Positions 17,072-25,865 of a DNA stretch of 39,429 nucleotides are shown piece after piece (position 1 is the stretch's first letter; each line of letters opens with the position of its first letter). Origin of the DNA: an uncultured bacterium (GTDB lineage: Bacteria; Hydrothermota; Tepidihabitantia; CAYHGV01; CAZWJY01). The notes beneath the pieces are model-generated. The model was not told where the DNA came from and did no database searches. It saw nothing but the letters and a program-made list of their open reading frames with translations. The stretch lies in assembly GCA_964634335.1 (NCBI GenBank), contig CAZWJY010000001.1, positions 1 through 39,429 on the forward strand. Direction: 5' to 3'. A program made the translations under genes and the position numbers.

Positions 17072-18169
17072 TAGAAGAATACCGCAGCCAAAGAGTACCC
17101 TTTTATAAGAGATAACATCCGCAAAGAGACCTACCAATACCGTAGAGATTAAGAAGGAGGTGCTTGCCATAAACTCCTTTGTGGAGAATATTCTCCCCCT
17201 TATCCCTGCCATTACTTCCTCTTGAAGCAGGGTATCCTGAGCAATAGCAATAAAGGAGAAGAGAATACCTGCGAGAAGGGCGACCAGATATAAAAACCAG
17301 GTGGTTATAAGGAAAGGTCCTATTAATAAAAGCAGTCCTATTATAGTAAAAGATGAGAGGATGATGGATGTCCTCTTAGGCTTAAAAGGGGAGATCCCCA
17401 AGAGAAGAGCACCCAATATCATCCCTGCTGCCATAACTCCACCCAATACTCCTACACCAGCAGTCCCTAACCCTAAGACCTGCTGAACAAGAAATATCAA
17501 TACTGTATAAGCAATAGCAGAGACAAAGGTGAGAGCCCAAATCGAGCTCATTACCAGAAGGACGAGCCTATCCTTTACTACTAATATAGCTACCTCTTTT
17601 AATTTTGAATAGAAGAGAGAGAAGGCATCCCTTATAGATTCTGAAAAGGATGGTTGCTTGACAGGAGTCTCCTCCATCCTGGGTAGGGGTAACATCCCTA
17701 AGACTAAGAGTCCTGCTGTTAGATGAGTGAGAGCATCAAAATAAAATCCCAATCTCCATCCCATCCATCTTATGATAAACCCTCCCAATACCATCCCTAC
17801 CACTGATGCTATTCTGGCAAAGAAGGTGAAGACAGAATTTGCGGAAAGGAGTTTTGCCTTAGGGATTATGGCAGGGATACATGCCTGCTTTGAAGTATTG
17901 TTAAAAAGGTCTAAACCGAAGAAGAGAAAGGCAGCCACCAATACAGGAGAAAGCCCACCTACCAAGACTATAAAGAAGGGCGTAATCGCAAGAATTCCAC
18001 TTTGAATAATATGGGCAACAGTCATAATCCTGCGCTTGTCCCAGCGGTCTACCAGCACACCTACAATAGGAGCAAAGATAATCACAGGAAGAGTAAAGAA
18101 TATAGAGACCTTGGAGAAAGCAAATACCTTCCCAGGGGCAGCAATGCCTATCATAGTAATCAAGACCAT
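17009..18169 (-). CDS. MFS transporter (N-terminus probably extends upstream of the first ATG)
   Basis: The protein has multiple TM helices and 'GVLVDRWDKRRIM' (MFS loop 2-3 motif). The frame stays open upstream to 18289 and encodes 'FSFLTLSNTVSQFGDRLTH', a typical MFS TM1, without any ATG/GTG/TTG. Confidence 0.75.
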   Translation of the reverse strand: MVLITMIGIAAPGKVFAFSKVSIFFTLPVIIFAPIVGVLVDRWDKRRIMTVAHIIQSGILAITPFFIVLVGGLSPVLVAAFLFFGLDLFNNTSKQACIPAIIPKAKLLSANSVFTFFARIASVVGMVLGGFIIRWMGWRLGFYFDALTHLTAGLLVLGMLPLPRMEETPVKQPSFSESIRDAFSLFYSKLKEVAILVVKDRLVLLVMSSIWALTFVSAIAYTVLIFLVQQVLGLGTAGVGVLGGVMAAGMILGALLLGISPFKPKRTSIILSSFTIIGLLLLIGPFLITTWFLYLVALLAGILFSFIAIAQDTLLQEEVMAGIRGRIFSTKEFMASTSFLISTVLVGLFADVISYKRVLFGCGILLLVFCGLGFLFIRGTEKPQAL

Positions 18170-18261
18170 ATGGGTAAGCCTGTCTCCGAATTGGGAGACA
18201 GTATTGGAAAGGGTGAGAAAGGAGAAACTCCTTATCTTAAGGATACCCTTTATCTCTTCGG

Positions 18262-18750
18262 TTAAAGCCCTAATGAAGAGAACCCTTGTTTAAGGTTTTT
18301 ATAAGTGACCCTCAGGTGTTCACAGATTACCTTTGTCTCACTCAGGACAGGCATAAAGTTCACATCACCAACCCATCTGGGGACTATATGGATATGGAGA
18401 TGGTCAACAACCCCTGCCCCTGCAGCTCTCCCAAGATTCATACCTATATTTATCCCCTGTGGTTTTAAGACCTTCTCTAACACTCTGATTGAATATTTCA
18501 TCAGTTTAAACAATTCTACTGCTTCACTATCCTTTAATTGTTTAAATTCTCCTATATGCCTATAAGGGGCAACCATCAGGTGCCCATTTGCATAAGGATA
18601 CCTATTCATCATAATAAAAGCCTTCTTACCTCTAAAGAGAATGAGTCTTCCTTCATCCTGACTCTCATCATCTCCTATACAGAAGATACATTTCTCAAGA
18701 TTTGGATTTTTTATATACTCCATTCTCCAGGGTGCCCAGAGCCTTTCCAT
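18262..18750 (-). CDS. HIT-family nucleotide hydrolase/transferase
   Basis: The histidine triad 'VDHLHIHIVPR' is present, together with an N-terminal 'LWAPWRMEYI' and 'C.FC' as in the Ap4A-phosphorylase-like HIT branch. Confidence 0.85.
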   Translation of the reverse strand: MERLWAPWRMEYIKNPNLEKCIFCIGDDESQDEGRLILFRGKKAFIMMNRYPYANGHLMVAPYRHIGEFKQLKDSEAVELFKLMKYSIRVLEKVLKPQGINIGMNLGRAAGAGVVDHLHIHIVPRWVGDVNFMPVLSETKVICEHLRVTYKNLKQGFSSLGL

Positions 18751-18752
18751 AA

Positions 18753-20000
18753 TTAAAAGAGGGTCATCTGTTCTTCCTCTTCTTGTTTTTCCCTTTGCTC
18801 CTCTTTCTCTCCAAATATCTTCACTGTCCCAAAAACACCATCATACCCTGGAATTATGGTAAGTCTCCCCTCCCTTACCCTCTTTACCCCCTCCCCTATC
18901 CTTTCATCCGAATATTTGGAGATCTCTGAAAGGGGTGCATTGAGTAGGACATTGAATTCTCCATCCAGTTCCCTTACTAAATTTAAGTATTTATTTCTCA
19001 CTCCGACGGTATGGACACTTGTATTTAAGGCTTCAGCAATTATCTCCTCCAAGGGAACGAGGTGTTTATAAGGGATGGCATTTTCTGGAATAATCCTCTC
19101 CTCCCTATCTGATAGAAGTTCTATACGGTGCATTACCCCTATGGTTAATGGTCTTCCACATACAGGGCATATATCATTATTCATCATAGACTCCTTTGGT
19201 GATAACCTGATATTGCACTTCCTATGTCCATCGTAATGGTACTTCCCTTCCTGGGGGAAAAATTCAATGGTATAAAGCAGTCTATTCTTATCCTTCTTCT
19301 TCAGGGTATCCCTGATATCATAGAAAGAGAGTTCACAATTAAAGAGGTTCGCCTCCCTTCCTATCTTGGCTGGCGAATGGGCATCAGAGTTGGAGATGAG
19401 GGTATAGGGGTCTAAGGAGGAGAGTCTCCAGTTCATAGGAGGGTCTGAGGAGAGTCCTGTCTCTAAGGCAAAAATCTCTCTCTTCAACTCTCCGAAACAT
19501 TCCTCTATGGAGTCAAATCCTGAATTAGCACCAAATAGGGCAAACCAGGGGGTCCAGATATGGGCTGGAACCAGAAAGGAGTCAGGAGATATTTCAAGAA
19601 TCTTCTCCAGCATCTCCTTAGAATCTAAGGAGAGAGTAGGTCTACCATCTGCTCGGAGGTCTCCAAATCTTCCAAGATAACTATTTATCCTCTCTACATC
19701 ATCGAAAGATGGTGAGAATATAAGGTTATGAACCCTCCGTAGCTTCCCATCTTTCACATAGGTATTGTTTACCTCAGTAGATAAGATAAAATAGGTGTTC
19801 TTATAGGTAAAGAGTCCATTCCCTGTAGGTTTAAGCTTCTTCTTCAAGATAGAGAGCCATTCAGGGTGGGTAAAATCACCTGTTCCCATAAGTTTTATCC
19901 CCTTCAACTCTGCATATTCAGCAATAGACTCCACTACCATATTCTGAGATGTGGCTCTGGAGAATTTAGAGTGGATATGGAGATCACCGATAAATCTCAC
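18753..20000 (-). CDS. endoQ: endonuclease Q-like protein (PHP domain + zinc ribbon)
   Basis: The motif series matches archaeal EndoQ as I recall it: 'GDLHIHSKFSRA', 'GTGDFTHP', 'RVHNLIFSP', 'GRPTLSL', 'PAHIWTPW', 'LETGLSSD', 'SNSDAHSPAKIGREAN', 'GKYHYDGH', 'CPVCGRPLTIGVMHR' and 'IIPGYDGVFG'. The start is GTG. Confidence 0.8.
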   Translation of the reverse strand: MRFIGDLHIHSKFSRATSQNMVVESIAEYAELKGIKLMGTGDFTHPEWLSILKKKLKPTGNGLFTYKNTYFILSTEVNNTYVKDGKLRRVHNLIFSPSFDDVERINSYLGRFGDLRADGRPTLSLDSKEMLEKILEISPDSFLVPAHIWTPWFALFGANSGFDSIEECFGELKREIFALETGLSSDPPMNWRLSSLDPYTLISNSDAHSPAKIGREANLFNCELSFYDIRDTLKKKDKNRLLYTIEFFPQEGKYHYDGHRKCNIRLSPKESMMNNDICPVCGRPLTIGVMHRIELLSDREERIIPENAIPYKHLVPLEEIIAEALNTSVHTVGVRNKYLNLVRELDGEFNVLLNAPLSEISKYSDERIGEGVKRVREGRLTIIPGYDGVFGTVKIFGEKEEQREKQEEEEQMTLF

Positions 20001-20006
20001 CTCTTA

Positions 20007-20034
20007 AAGTTACTCCAATAATCGGTTATGTCAA
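20007..20034 (-). promoter_or_regulatory. sigma70-like promoter TTGACA-N16-TAACTT, 6 nt before GTG 20000
   Basis: On the minus strand, TTGACA is at 20034-20029 and TAACTT at 20012-20007. Confidence 0.5.
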
Positions 20035-20045
20035 CCCCCAGCTGT

Positions 20046-22277
20046 TTAGAAATCTGTAGATGGGGTAACTCTCAGGAAATAGGGCTGGAACCTCCTCCCT
20101 CCCTCATCAAGACCATAGCCCAGGTCAAAGCCCAAGTATCCCATAAGGGGGATCTCTATCCTTATTCCTACCCCTACCCCTCTCTTCATATCTGAGAAGT
20201 TTACCTCCCTGATAGAATCCCATGCATTCCCTATATCAAGAAAGGCGAGGAAGGCAAGCTGTGGTGAGACCTTCAATTTCAAATCCAAATTGAATATAGC
20301 TACAGCCTTCCCCCCTTGATTATACTCCCCTATCCTTGGACCCACCGACCTCTCTCGATAACCCCTTATCCCATTAACCCCTGCCCCTCCAGGATAGAAC
20401 CTCTCATACACAGGGATTTCAGAAGAGGTAATATAGTTATCTATTAAGCCGAAGTAGGCTCTGAACATTAAGGAGAACTTCCAGAACAGGGGATAATAGA
20501 ATCTTGAATCCGTTATCTGTTTTATAAACTCTACATCTCCACCCAAGAGCCTTCCGCCTGCCACCTCTATTGAATAGGAATTATAACTCCCTGAGGAGGG
20601 GTTATATCTATAATCCCTTGAGTCTCTTATGAATTGACATCCGACTGATAGGGTCCTCTTAGGCCATCGCTCCTCTCTCAAATCATAACCGCTGCTTGGC
20701 TTATAAAGAGGAGAGATATCTGATACACTTACATCCTCTGCCTTCAAGGTTAGATAGCCTCTGGTAAAATCTAAAAGGAGGGGCCTGGCTAAATTGACCT
20801 TACCACCATGCTCTTCCAAATCGTAGTAGTCAAGGAATCTTGTCCTGTAGAAGAGATTGAATCCTAAGGAATTGGAAGTCTCTAAGAACCAAGGTTCAAG
20901 GAAACCAAATTCAAAGGTATTCCTCTTCCCCCCTTTTTCTAAGTGGATAGAGATATTATCCCCCCTGCCTAAGAGGTTTGGGTGAGAGAGTTCAAGGAAA
21001 CCAGCAATCCCTTCTTGAGCAGAATAGGTAACCCCTGCCCCAACATTTCCAATCGCTTCCTTCTCCTTAACTCTATAGATAAGGTCTATATCCCCTTTCT
21101 TATTCACCTTTTTATAATCTACCTTTATATCCTCAAAGAAGCCGAGGTTGAATATCTCCCTCTGAGAACGGATTACTTCACTCCTTCTGAATATAGTCCC
21201 AGGCATACTCCATATATTACGCCTTATTACATTCTCATAGGTTCTTACATTACCCTCAATGATTACTCTCCGAATATGGGCAGGCTCCCCCTCTTTAATC
21301 TCATAGGTCAAGTAGATAGTATCCTTAGAGGCATCCTCCTGGGGTAGAATCTGGACATAGATATAACCTTCGTCTGTATAGAGGGCATAGAGATTCTGGA
21401 GGCTCTCCTGAACCTTCTTGGCATTATAGACATCCTTAGGTTTAATCCTTAATGTATCCCTCAGTCTCTCGCTATCTATTGCCTTGTTTCCCTTAAAGCT
21501 TATCCCTCCCAGGTAATACCTTTTCCCCTCATCTACCTTTATAGTAATATAAGCCCATCCTTCCTTATATCTAATATCATAATCCTCTACCTTAGCATCT
21601 ATATACCCCCTCTCCTTATAGAAATCTATAATCCTTCTCAAGTCCTCTTTAAACTCTTCCTCCTTAAATAAGCCTGAGCGATACCATCTCTTCTCTCTAT
21701 TTTTCAATCTTCCCTCAATCTCTCTATCAGTGAAAGCCTTATTTCCTACTATCTCAATATTTTTAATCCTCACCCTCAACCCCTCTTCAATAAGGAATTT
21801 CAATATACTCCTGTTTGCTGAATCGGGTGGAGAGATTTTTGTAGAGATGTTTGCCAGTATATAACCCTTCTCTTTATATAGGTTCTGGATAGAGTCTCTC
21901 CATGCAAATACCCTTTCTCCGGTGAGTATATCTCCCTCCTTAGCCTTTATTTTATCCCTTAGTGTCTTCTCCTTAATTCTCCGATTTCCGATAAACTCTA
22001 CCTTTTTAAGAAAGGGGAACTCTTTCACTTTAATCATTACCCTTAAACTACCACTGACTGTAGATGTATCTATAGAGACTTGAGAAAAGAGTCCGAGTCT
22101 GTAGAGGCGATGGATGGCATCTTTTATAGATATGGGGTTGAGAGAGTCTCCTTTATTAAGACCAGAGTTAGAGATGATGAGGACAGGGTCAGTGAATCTG
22201 CTCTCTGCCTCAATGTCAGAAATGACCTGAGCATGGAGGAGTAAAGGGATGGTTAAAAAAGCAAATATTCTTGTCAT
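20046..22277 (-). CDS. bamA: outer-membrane protein assembly factor BamA (Omp85)
   Basis: A signal peptide 'MTRIFAFLTIPLLLHAQV' is followed by repeated POTRA-like modules ('I..I.F.GN......L') and a C-terminal beta-barrel rich in aromatic-x-aromatic strands. I chose the start at ATG 22277; the ORF track extends to 22352. Confidence 0.9.
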   Translation of the reverse strand: MTRIFAFLTIPLLLHAQVISDIEAESRFTDPVLIISNSGLNKGDSLNPISIKDAIHRLYRLGLFSQVSIDTSTVSGSLRVMIKVKEFPFLKKVEFIGNRRIKEKTLRDKIKAKEGDILTGERVFAWRDSIQNLYKEKGYILANISTKISPPDSANRSILKFLIEEGLRVRIKNIEIVGNKAFTDREIEGRLKNREKRWYRSGLFKEEEFKEDLRRIIDFYKERGYIDAKVEDYDIRYKEGWAYITIKVDEGKRYYLGGISFKGNKAIDSERLRDTLRIKPKDVYNAKKVQESLQNLYALYTDEGYIYVQILPQEDASKDTIYLTYEIKEGEPAHIRRVIIEGNVRTYENVIRRNIWSMPGTIFRRSEVIRSQREIFNLGFFEDIKVDYKKVNKKGDIDLIYRVKEKEAIGNVGAGVTYSAQEGIAGFLELSHPNLLGRGDNISIHLEKGGKRNTFEFGFLEPWFLETSNSLGFNLFYRTRFLDYYDLEEHGGKVNLARPLLLDFTRGYLTLKAEDVSVSDISPLYKPSSGYDLREERWPKRTLSVGCQFIRDSRDYRYNPSSGSYNSYSIEVAGGRLLGGDVEFIKQITDSRFYYPLFWKFSLMFRAYFGLIDNYITSSEIPVYERFYPGGAGVNGIRGYRERSVGPRIGEYNQGGKAVAIFNLDLKLKVSPQLAFLAFLDIGNAWDSIREVNFSDMKRGVGVGIRIEIPLMGYLGFDLGYGLDEGGRRFQPYFLRVTPSTDF

Positions 22278-22282
22278 AAGTA

Positions 22283-22310
22283 ACCTTATTCCAAAAATTG
22301 CAAATGTCAA
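22283..22310 (-). promoter_or_regulatory. possible promoter TTGACA-N16-TAAGGT, 5 nt before ATG 22277
   Basis: On the minus strand, TTGACA is at 22310-22305, overlapping the stop of the upstream gene, and TAAGGT is at 22288-22283. Confidence 0.35.
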
Positions 22311-23995
22311 CTCTCTAAGAGCTTTATTATCCTTTTCTTGAGTTCTCCCCACTTTACCAAGCCTTTCCTTTCTATTCTGAATATAGCCAAATAAAAATCA
22401 CCAAAAGCTATCCTGTTGCTTGTCATCTCTATACCTTTAAAGATTTTCAAGCAATTTTCAAAGATTTTGAATTCTAAAGGAAAGGAGAATACTACGAGAT
22501 AATATTTAGGGAATCTCTTCAAAGAGAAGGTAGTTCTCCTCTCTTTTATGAACTTTCTCATCACTTGATAGGCAAGTCTTATCTGTTCCCCTAACTCCTC
22601 AGGAGACATCTCCATCCTCGATTTTGTATCCAAAAGTCCATAGAAGAAGGTCTTTACAAAATCCTCAGGGATCCTTCTCCTCTTCAATCTCTTCTTCACT
22701 TCTCCAAACTTCTCCTTGGAAAGTTTAGGAAAGGTGCCTGTATAATCTCTGAATTCTCCTATTACAGGTCTCAACCTCTTTGCGATCTCCTCATAGATTT
22801 CTGTAGGATGAATAAACCTTCTCCTATCCACTCTTATCACTATCCCATTAGTCTCTTGAGTGAGGTCTCCAGCAGGGATGGGTGAGCGTTCTAAGGATAA
22901 GACCTCAAATCCTCTACCTTCTAATACCTCAGCACATTTCAGACCTACATCCCCCTTGACTCTATTCTTCTCTGTTACAATAGTTATTCTAAGTTCATCA
23001 GGGGTTCCAAGGATGAATTGGGTGTAGAGATGAGGGATTCTATAATTACGGTGGTCAGCTAATAGTCTTGGCAGAATAGTCTTATGATAGGTTTCGTCAT
23101 CAAGGTACTCTACTTTTTCTAAGGTCTCTTTCCCAAAATCGAGGATCCCTCTCTTTATCCTCTCCCTTTCTGCTTTTCCCAATGGATTCCCATTTCTATC
23201 CGTGATTTCTATTCTGTATACTCCAATCCCATCCTCTGTGAAGAACTGCTTAACAAATTTCTCCTGAAATCCCCCACTCACCTCTCTCAAGACTCCCAAG
23301 ACATCCTTGAGAGAAATCTTTGATGCATAGCCTGCCACAGAGACTGTGGTAAGGTGTTCCTTTACTGTCTCTATATTTCTCACCCTTGCTTGAATCTCTC
23401 CGGTTTTCCTTACCCTCTGTTGCATCTTATAATTATTGTAGATCTGTTCTACTAATGTGGAGATACTCCTCTCCTCAATATAAGACTCTGGTCTACTTAA
23501 AAAGAAGGCACCTGCCTCATTAAGGAGTCCTTTTGCTTCTCCCTTCTTTGCTCTTTTTAAAAGAGCCCTCTTCACTTCCTCATACCTCTTCACCTTTTGG
23601 CTCAATTTTTGCATCAATAGCCTTTTCCATTCATCTTTTATAGCAGCGATTAAAAAGTCATGAACTATATGTTTTGCCTCCTTTTTGAAGGATTTCCATA
23701 TTTCCCTATTTGGACATTCTATCTCTGTGCTGACAAATCCCAGTCTCTTCCTCTTTATACTTATTCCAGCTACATAGGAGATATTAAAATTTCTACCATG
23801 GAAGACTGCAGTTACACTTTCTAAAAAACCTTCCCAATCAGGTCCTAAGACAGCAAAGGTAATGGGTTTATCCTTAGAAAATCTATAGGGAATTTCCTGA
23901 TATATCTGGACCTCCCCTTTCTTGTCAAACTCTTCCATAAGTTTAAGGCATATCTCTCTATCCTTCTCAGGGAGTTTCTCTAAACTCTCTTCCAT
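22307..23995 (-). CDS. hypothetical cytoplasmic protein with about four ACT-like modules
   Basis: The 562-aa protein has no TM or signal peptide. Four segments (residues ~40-115, ~205-290, ~325-400 and ~490-560) show a beta-alpha-beta-beta-alpha-beta-like hydrophobic pattern, e.g. 'ITFAVLGPDWEGFLESVTAVFHGRNFNISYVAGISI'. No catalytic motif was recognised. Confidence 0.45.
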   Translation of the reverse strand: MEESLEKLPEKDREICLKLMEEFDKKGEVQIYQEIPYRFSKDKPITFAVLGPDWEGFLESVTAVFHGRNFNISYVAGISIKRKRLGFVSTEIECPNREIWKSFKKEAKHIVHDFLIAAIKDEWKRLLMQKLSQKVKRYEEVKRALLKRAKKGEAKGLLNEAGAFFLSRPESYIEERSISTLVEQIYNNYKMQQRVRKTGEIQARVRNIETVKEHLTTVSVAGYASKISLKDVLGVLREVSGGFQEKFVKQFFTEDGIGVYRIEITDRNGNPLGKAERERIKRGILDFGKETLEKVEYLDDETYHKTILPRLLADHRNYRIPHLYTQFILGTPDELRITIVTEKNRVKGDVGLKCAEVLEGRGFEVLSLERSPIPAGDLTQETNGIVIRVDRRRFIHPTEIYEEIAKRLRPVIGEFRDYTGTFPKLSKEKFGEVKKRLKRRRIPEDFVKTFFYGLLDTKSRMEMSPEELGEQIRLAYQVMRKFIKERRTTFSLKRFPKYYLVVFSFPLEFKIFENCLKIFKGIEMTSNRIAFGDFYLAIFRIERKGLVKWGELKKRIIKLLES

Positions 23996-24002
23996 TCTAT
24001 AA

Positions 24003-24030
24003 TCTTTAAGAAAGAAAGGGGATTTGTCAA
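24003..24030 (-). promoter_or_regulatory. sigma70-like promoter TTGACA-N16-TAAAGA, 7 nt before ATG 23995
   Basis: On the minus strand, TTGACA is at 24030-24025 and TAAAGA at 24008-24003. Confidence 0.5.
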
Positions 24031-24047
24031 TAGGGGCTATAGAATGA

Positions 24048-24076
24048 TTGACAGAGACTGAAAAATCGGATAGATT
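24048..24076 (+). promoter_or_regulatory. sigma70-like promoter TTGACA-N17-TAGATT, 6 nt before ATG 24083
   Basis: TTGACA is at 24048-24053 and TAGATT at 24071-24076. It diverges from the promoter at 24003-24030. Confidence 0.5.
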
Positions 24077-24082
24077 TATAGG

Positions 24083-25111
24083 ATGAGAAGGAGAGTGCTG
24101 GTGGCAATGTCTGGAGGTGTAGACTCCTCCATAGCTGCTCTTATACTTAAGGAATCAGGATATGATGTGATAGGGGTCACTCTCAAACTCTTCCCCTCTA
24201 ATGGGATAGAGGACGCAAGAAGAGTAGCAGCAGAGATAGGTATACCCCATTATGTCTGGGACCTCCAGGAAGTTTTTGAGCAGAGGGTGGTTAAAAATTT
24301 TTTGGAGGAGTATAGGAGGGGAAGAACTCCAAATCCCTGTGTCCTGTGCAATAGGGATATAAAATTTGATGCCTTGCTAAAGAGAGGGAAGGAGATAAAA
24401 AGGGACTTCATAGCCACAGGACATTATGCCAGGGTCTTCTATGATTATAAAATTAAAAAGTATAAACTCTTCAAGGGGAAATATAGGGATGAGTCCTATT
24501 TCCTCTATCTGCTAAATCAGGAACATCTGAGCCATAGCCTATTCCCCTTGGGAGAGCTAAATAAGGCTGAGGTGAGAAGGATGGCAGAAAGGCTTGGATT
24601 AAGGGTAGCAGATAAACCCTCATCCCAGGAGATATGTTTTATCACTCATAACCACTACTCCTTTATAAAAGAGAAGATAGGTGGGAGACCCGGTCCTATC
24701 TTTGATACAAAGGGGAACTATCTCGGAGAGCATAAAGGTATAGCAGGGCATACCATAGGACAGAGAAAGGGGTTGGGTATATCCAGGGGGAAGAGGATGT
24801 ATATTGTTAAAATAGATGAAAAGAGGAATGCCATAATCTTGGGGGAGGAGAAGGAGGTTTATGGAAAATCACTAACAGCAAGGGATTTGCATCTCATTGC
24901 TATGGAAGAGTTGGATACTCCTATGGAGATTGAAGCAAAGATAAGATATAATAGTAGACCATCCCAGGCTCTCCTCACCCCTTTGGATAAGAGAAGGGTA
25001 AGGATAGATTTTGAGTCTCCTCAGTGGGCTATTACCCCTGGACAGGCTGTGGTCTTTTATAAGAATGGAGAGGTAGTGGGCGGAGCTACTATAGAGGAGA
25101 GAATAGAATGA
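24083..25111 (+). CDS. mnmA: tRNA 2-thiouridine(34) synthase
   Basis: It has the PP-loop 'VAMSGGVDSS', 'PNPCVLCNRDIKF', 'ATGHYAR' and 'DESYFLY'. Length is 342 aa. Confidence 0.95.
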   Translation: MRRRVLVAMSGGVDSSIAALILKESGYDVIGVTLKLFPSNGIEDARRVAAEIGIPHYVWDLQEVFEQRVVKNFLEEYRRGRTPNPCVLCNRDIKFDALLKRGKEIKRDFIATGHYARVFYDYKIKKYKLFKGKYRDESYFLYLLNQEHLSHSLFPLGELNKAEVRRMAERLGLRVADKPSSQEICFITHNHYSFIKEKIGGRPGPIFDTKGNYLGEHKGIAGHTIGQRKGLGISRGKRMYIVKIDEKRNAIILGEEKEVYGKSLTARDLHLIAMEELDTPMEIEAKIRYNSRPSQALLTPLDKRRVRIDFESPQWAITPGQAVVFYKNGEVVGGATIEERIE

Positions 25112-25521
25112 GATACAGATACATAAATCATACAGCAGATATAGGGTTCGAAATCTATGGAAGGGATTTAAAGGAGCTCTTTAAAAATGCTGCCTTTGCC
25201 CTATTTGATAATATGACAGAACTGAGAAATGTCCAGAGAAGAGAGAAGAGAAGAGTGATTCTCTCCTCAGATACCTTACAGGAACTTTTTTTAGATTGGC
25301 TCAGAGAACTCTTATTTATCTTCAGTACAGAGTTCTTTATCCCTAAGGAGATAGAGATGATAACCCTTAAACAGAAGAGATTAGAAGCAGAACTCTCTGG
25401 TGAGGTCTTTGATAAGAAAAGGCACAAAATAAAGATTGAGATAAAGAATCCTACCTATCATATGTTCTCCTTTAAAAAGATACCTGAGGGTTATACTGCA
25501 AGGGTAATATTCGATACATAG
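25108..25521 (+). CDS. archease
   Basis: The protein is 137 aa. 'YRYINHTADIGFEIYGRDLKELF' carries the archease HTAD(I/V) signature. It has an ATGA overlap with mnmA. Confidence 0.75.
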   Translation: MRYRYINHTADIGFEIYGRDLKELFKNAAFALFDNMTELRNVQRREKRRVILSSDTLQELFLDWLRELLFIFSTEFFIPKEIEMITLKQKRLEAELSGEVFDKKRHKIKIEIKNPTYHMFSFKKIPEGYTARVIFDT

Positions 25522-25536
25522 GAGTTACAGGAAGAT

Positions 25537-25677
25537 TTAAGATTCAAAGAAAGGGTCCTCTCTCTCCAGCCCTGCTCCCATACACTCATAATAGTCAGGG
25601 CACTCCTCACAACAGGTATCCTTCAATTTCCCCAGCTCCTTACATTCCTCATAATAGGGACAGATTTCACAACACAT
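25537..25677 (-). CDS. small Cys-rich protein B (46 aa, not in the ORF track)
   Basis: I translated it by hand as MCCEICPYYEECKELGKLKDTCCEECPDYYECMGAGLEREDPFFES. GGAGGA lies directly upstream of ATG 25677. It is a paralogue of the adjacent 58-aa ORF. Confidence 0.55.
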   Translation of the reverse strand: MCCEICPYYEECKELGKLKDTCCEECPDYYECMGAGLEREDPFFES

Positions 25678-25683
25678 ATCCTC

Positions 25684-25860
25684 CTATCTCTTAAAATACT
25701 TCCTCTTCTTTATAGCCCCTTCTCTTGTCTTTGTTCTACTTATCGTTCCTTCCAACTCCTCCATACAAGTCTCATAGTATTTACACCGTGGGCAGCAGTC
25801 CTCTGTCAATTTACCTTCAGCCTTACATTTTTCATAGGCTGGACAGGCACGGCAACACAT
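25684..25860 (-). CDS. small Cys-rich protein A (58 aa)
   Basis: The sequence is MCCRACPAYEKCKAEGKLTEDCCPRCKYYETCMEELEGTISRTKTREGAIKKRKYFKR. ATG 25860 lies 8 nt after AAGGAGG, and the GTG start used by the ORF track (25869) sits inside that SD. Confidence 0.6.
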   Translation of the reverse strand: MCCRACPAYEKCKAEGKLTEDCCPRCKYYETCMEELEGTISRTKTREGAIKKRKYFKR

Positions 25861-25865
25861 CCCTT

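Noticed and set aside
22278-22352. A 25-codon N-terminal extension of bamA that overlaps the upstream gene by 46 nt.
   Set aside because: The extension (MGRTQEKDNKALRELTFAIFGIRLL) precedes a canonical signal peptide that starts at M26. The internal ATG 22277 has a promoter-like element directly upstream.
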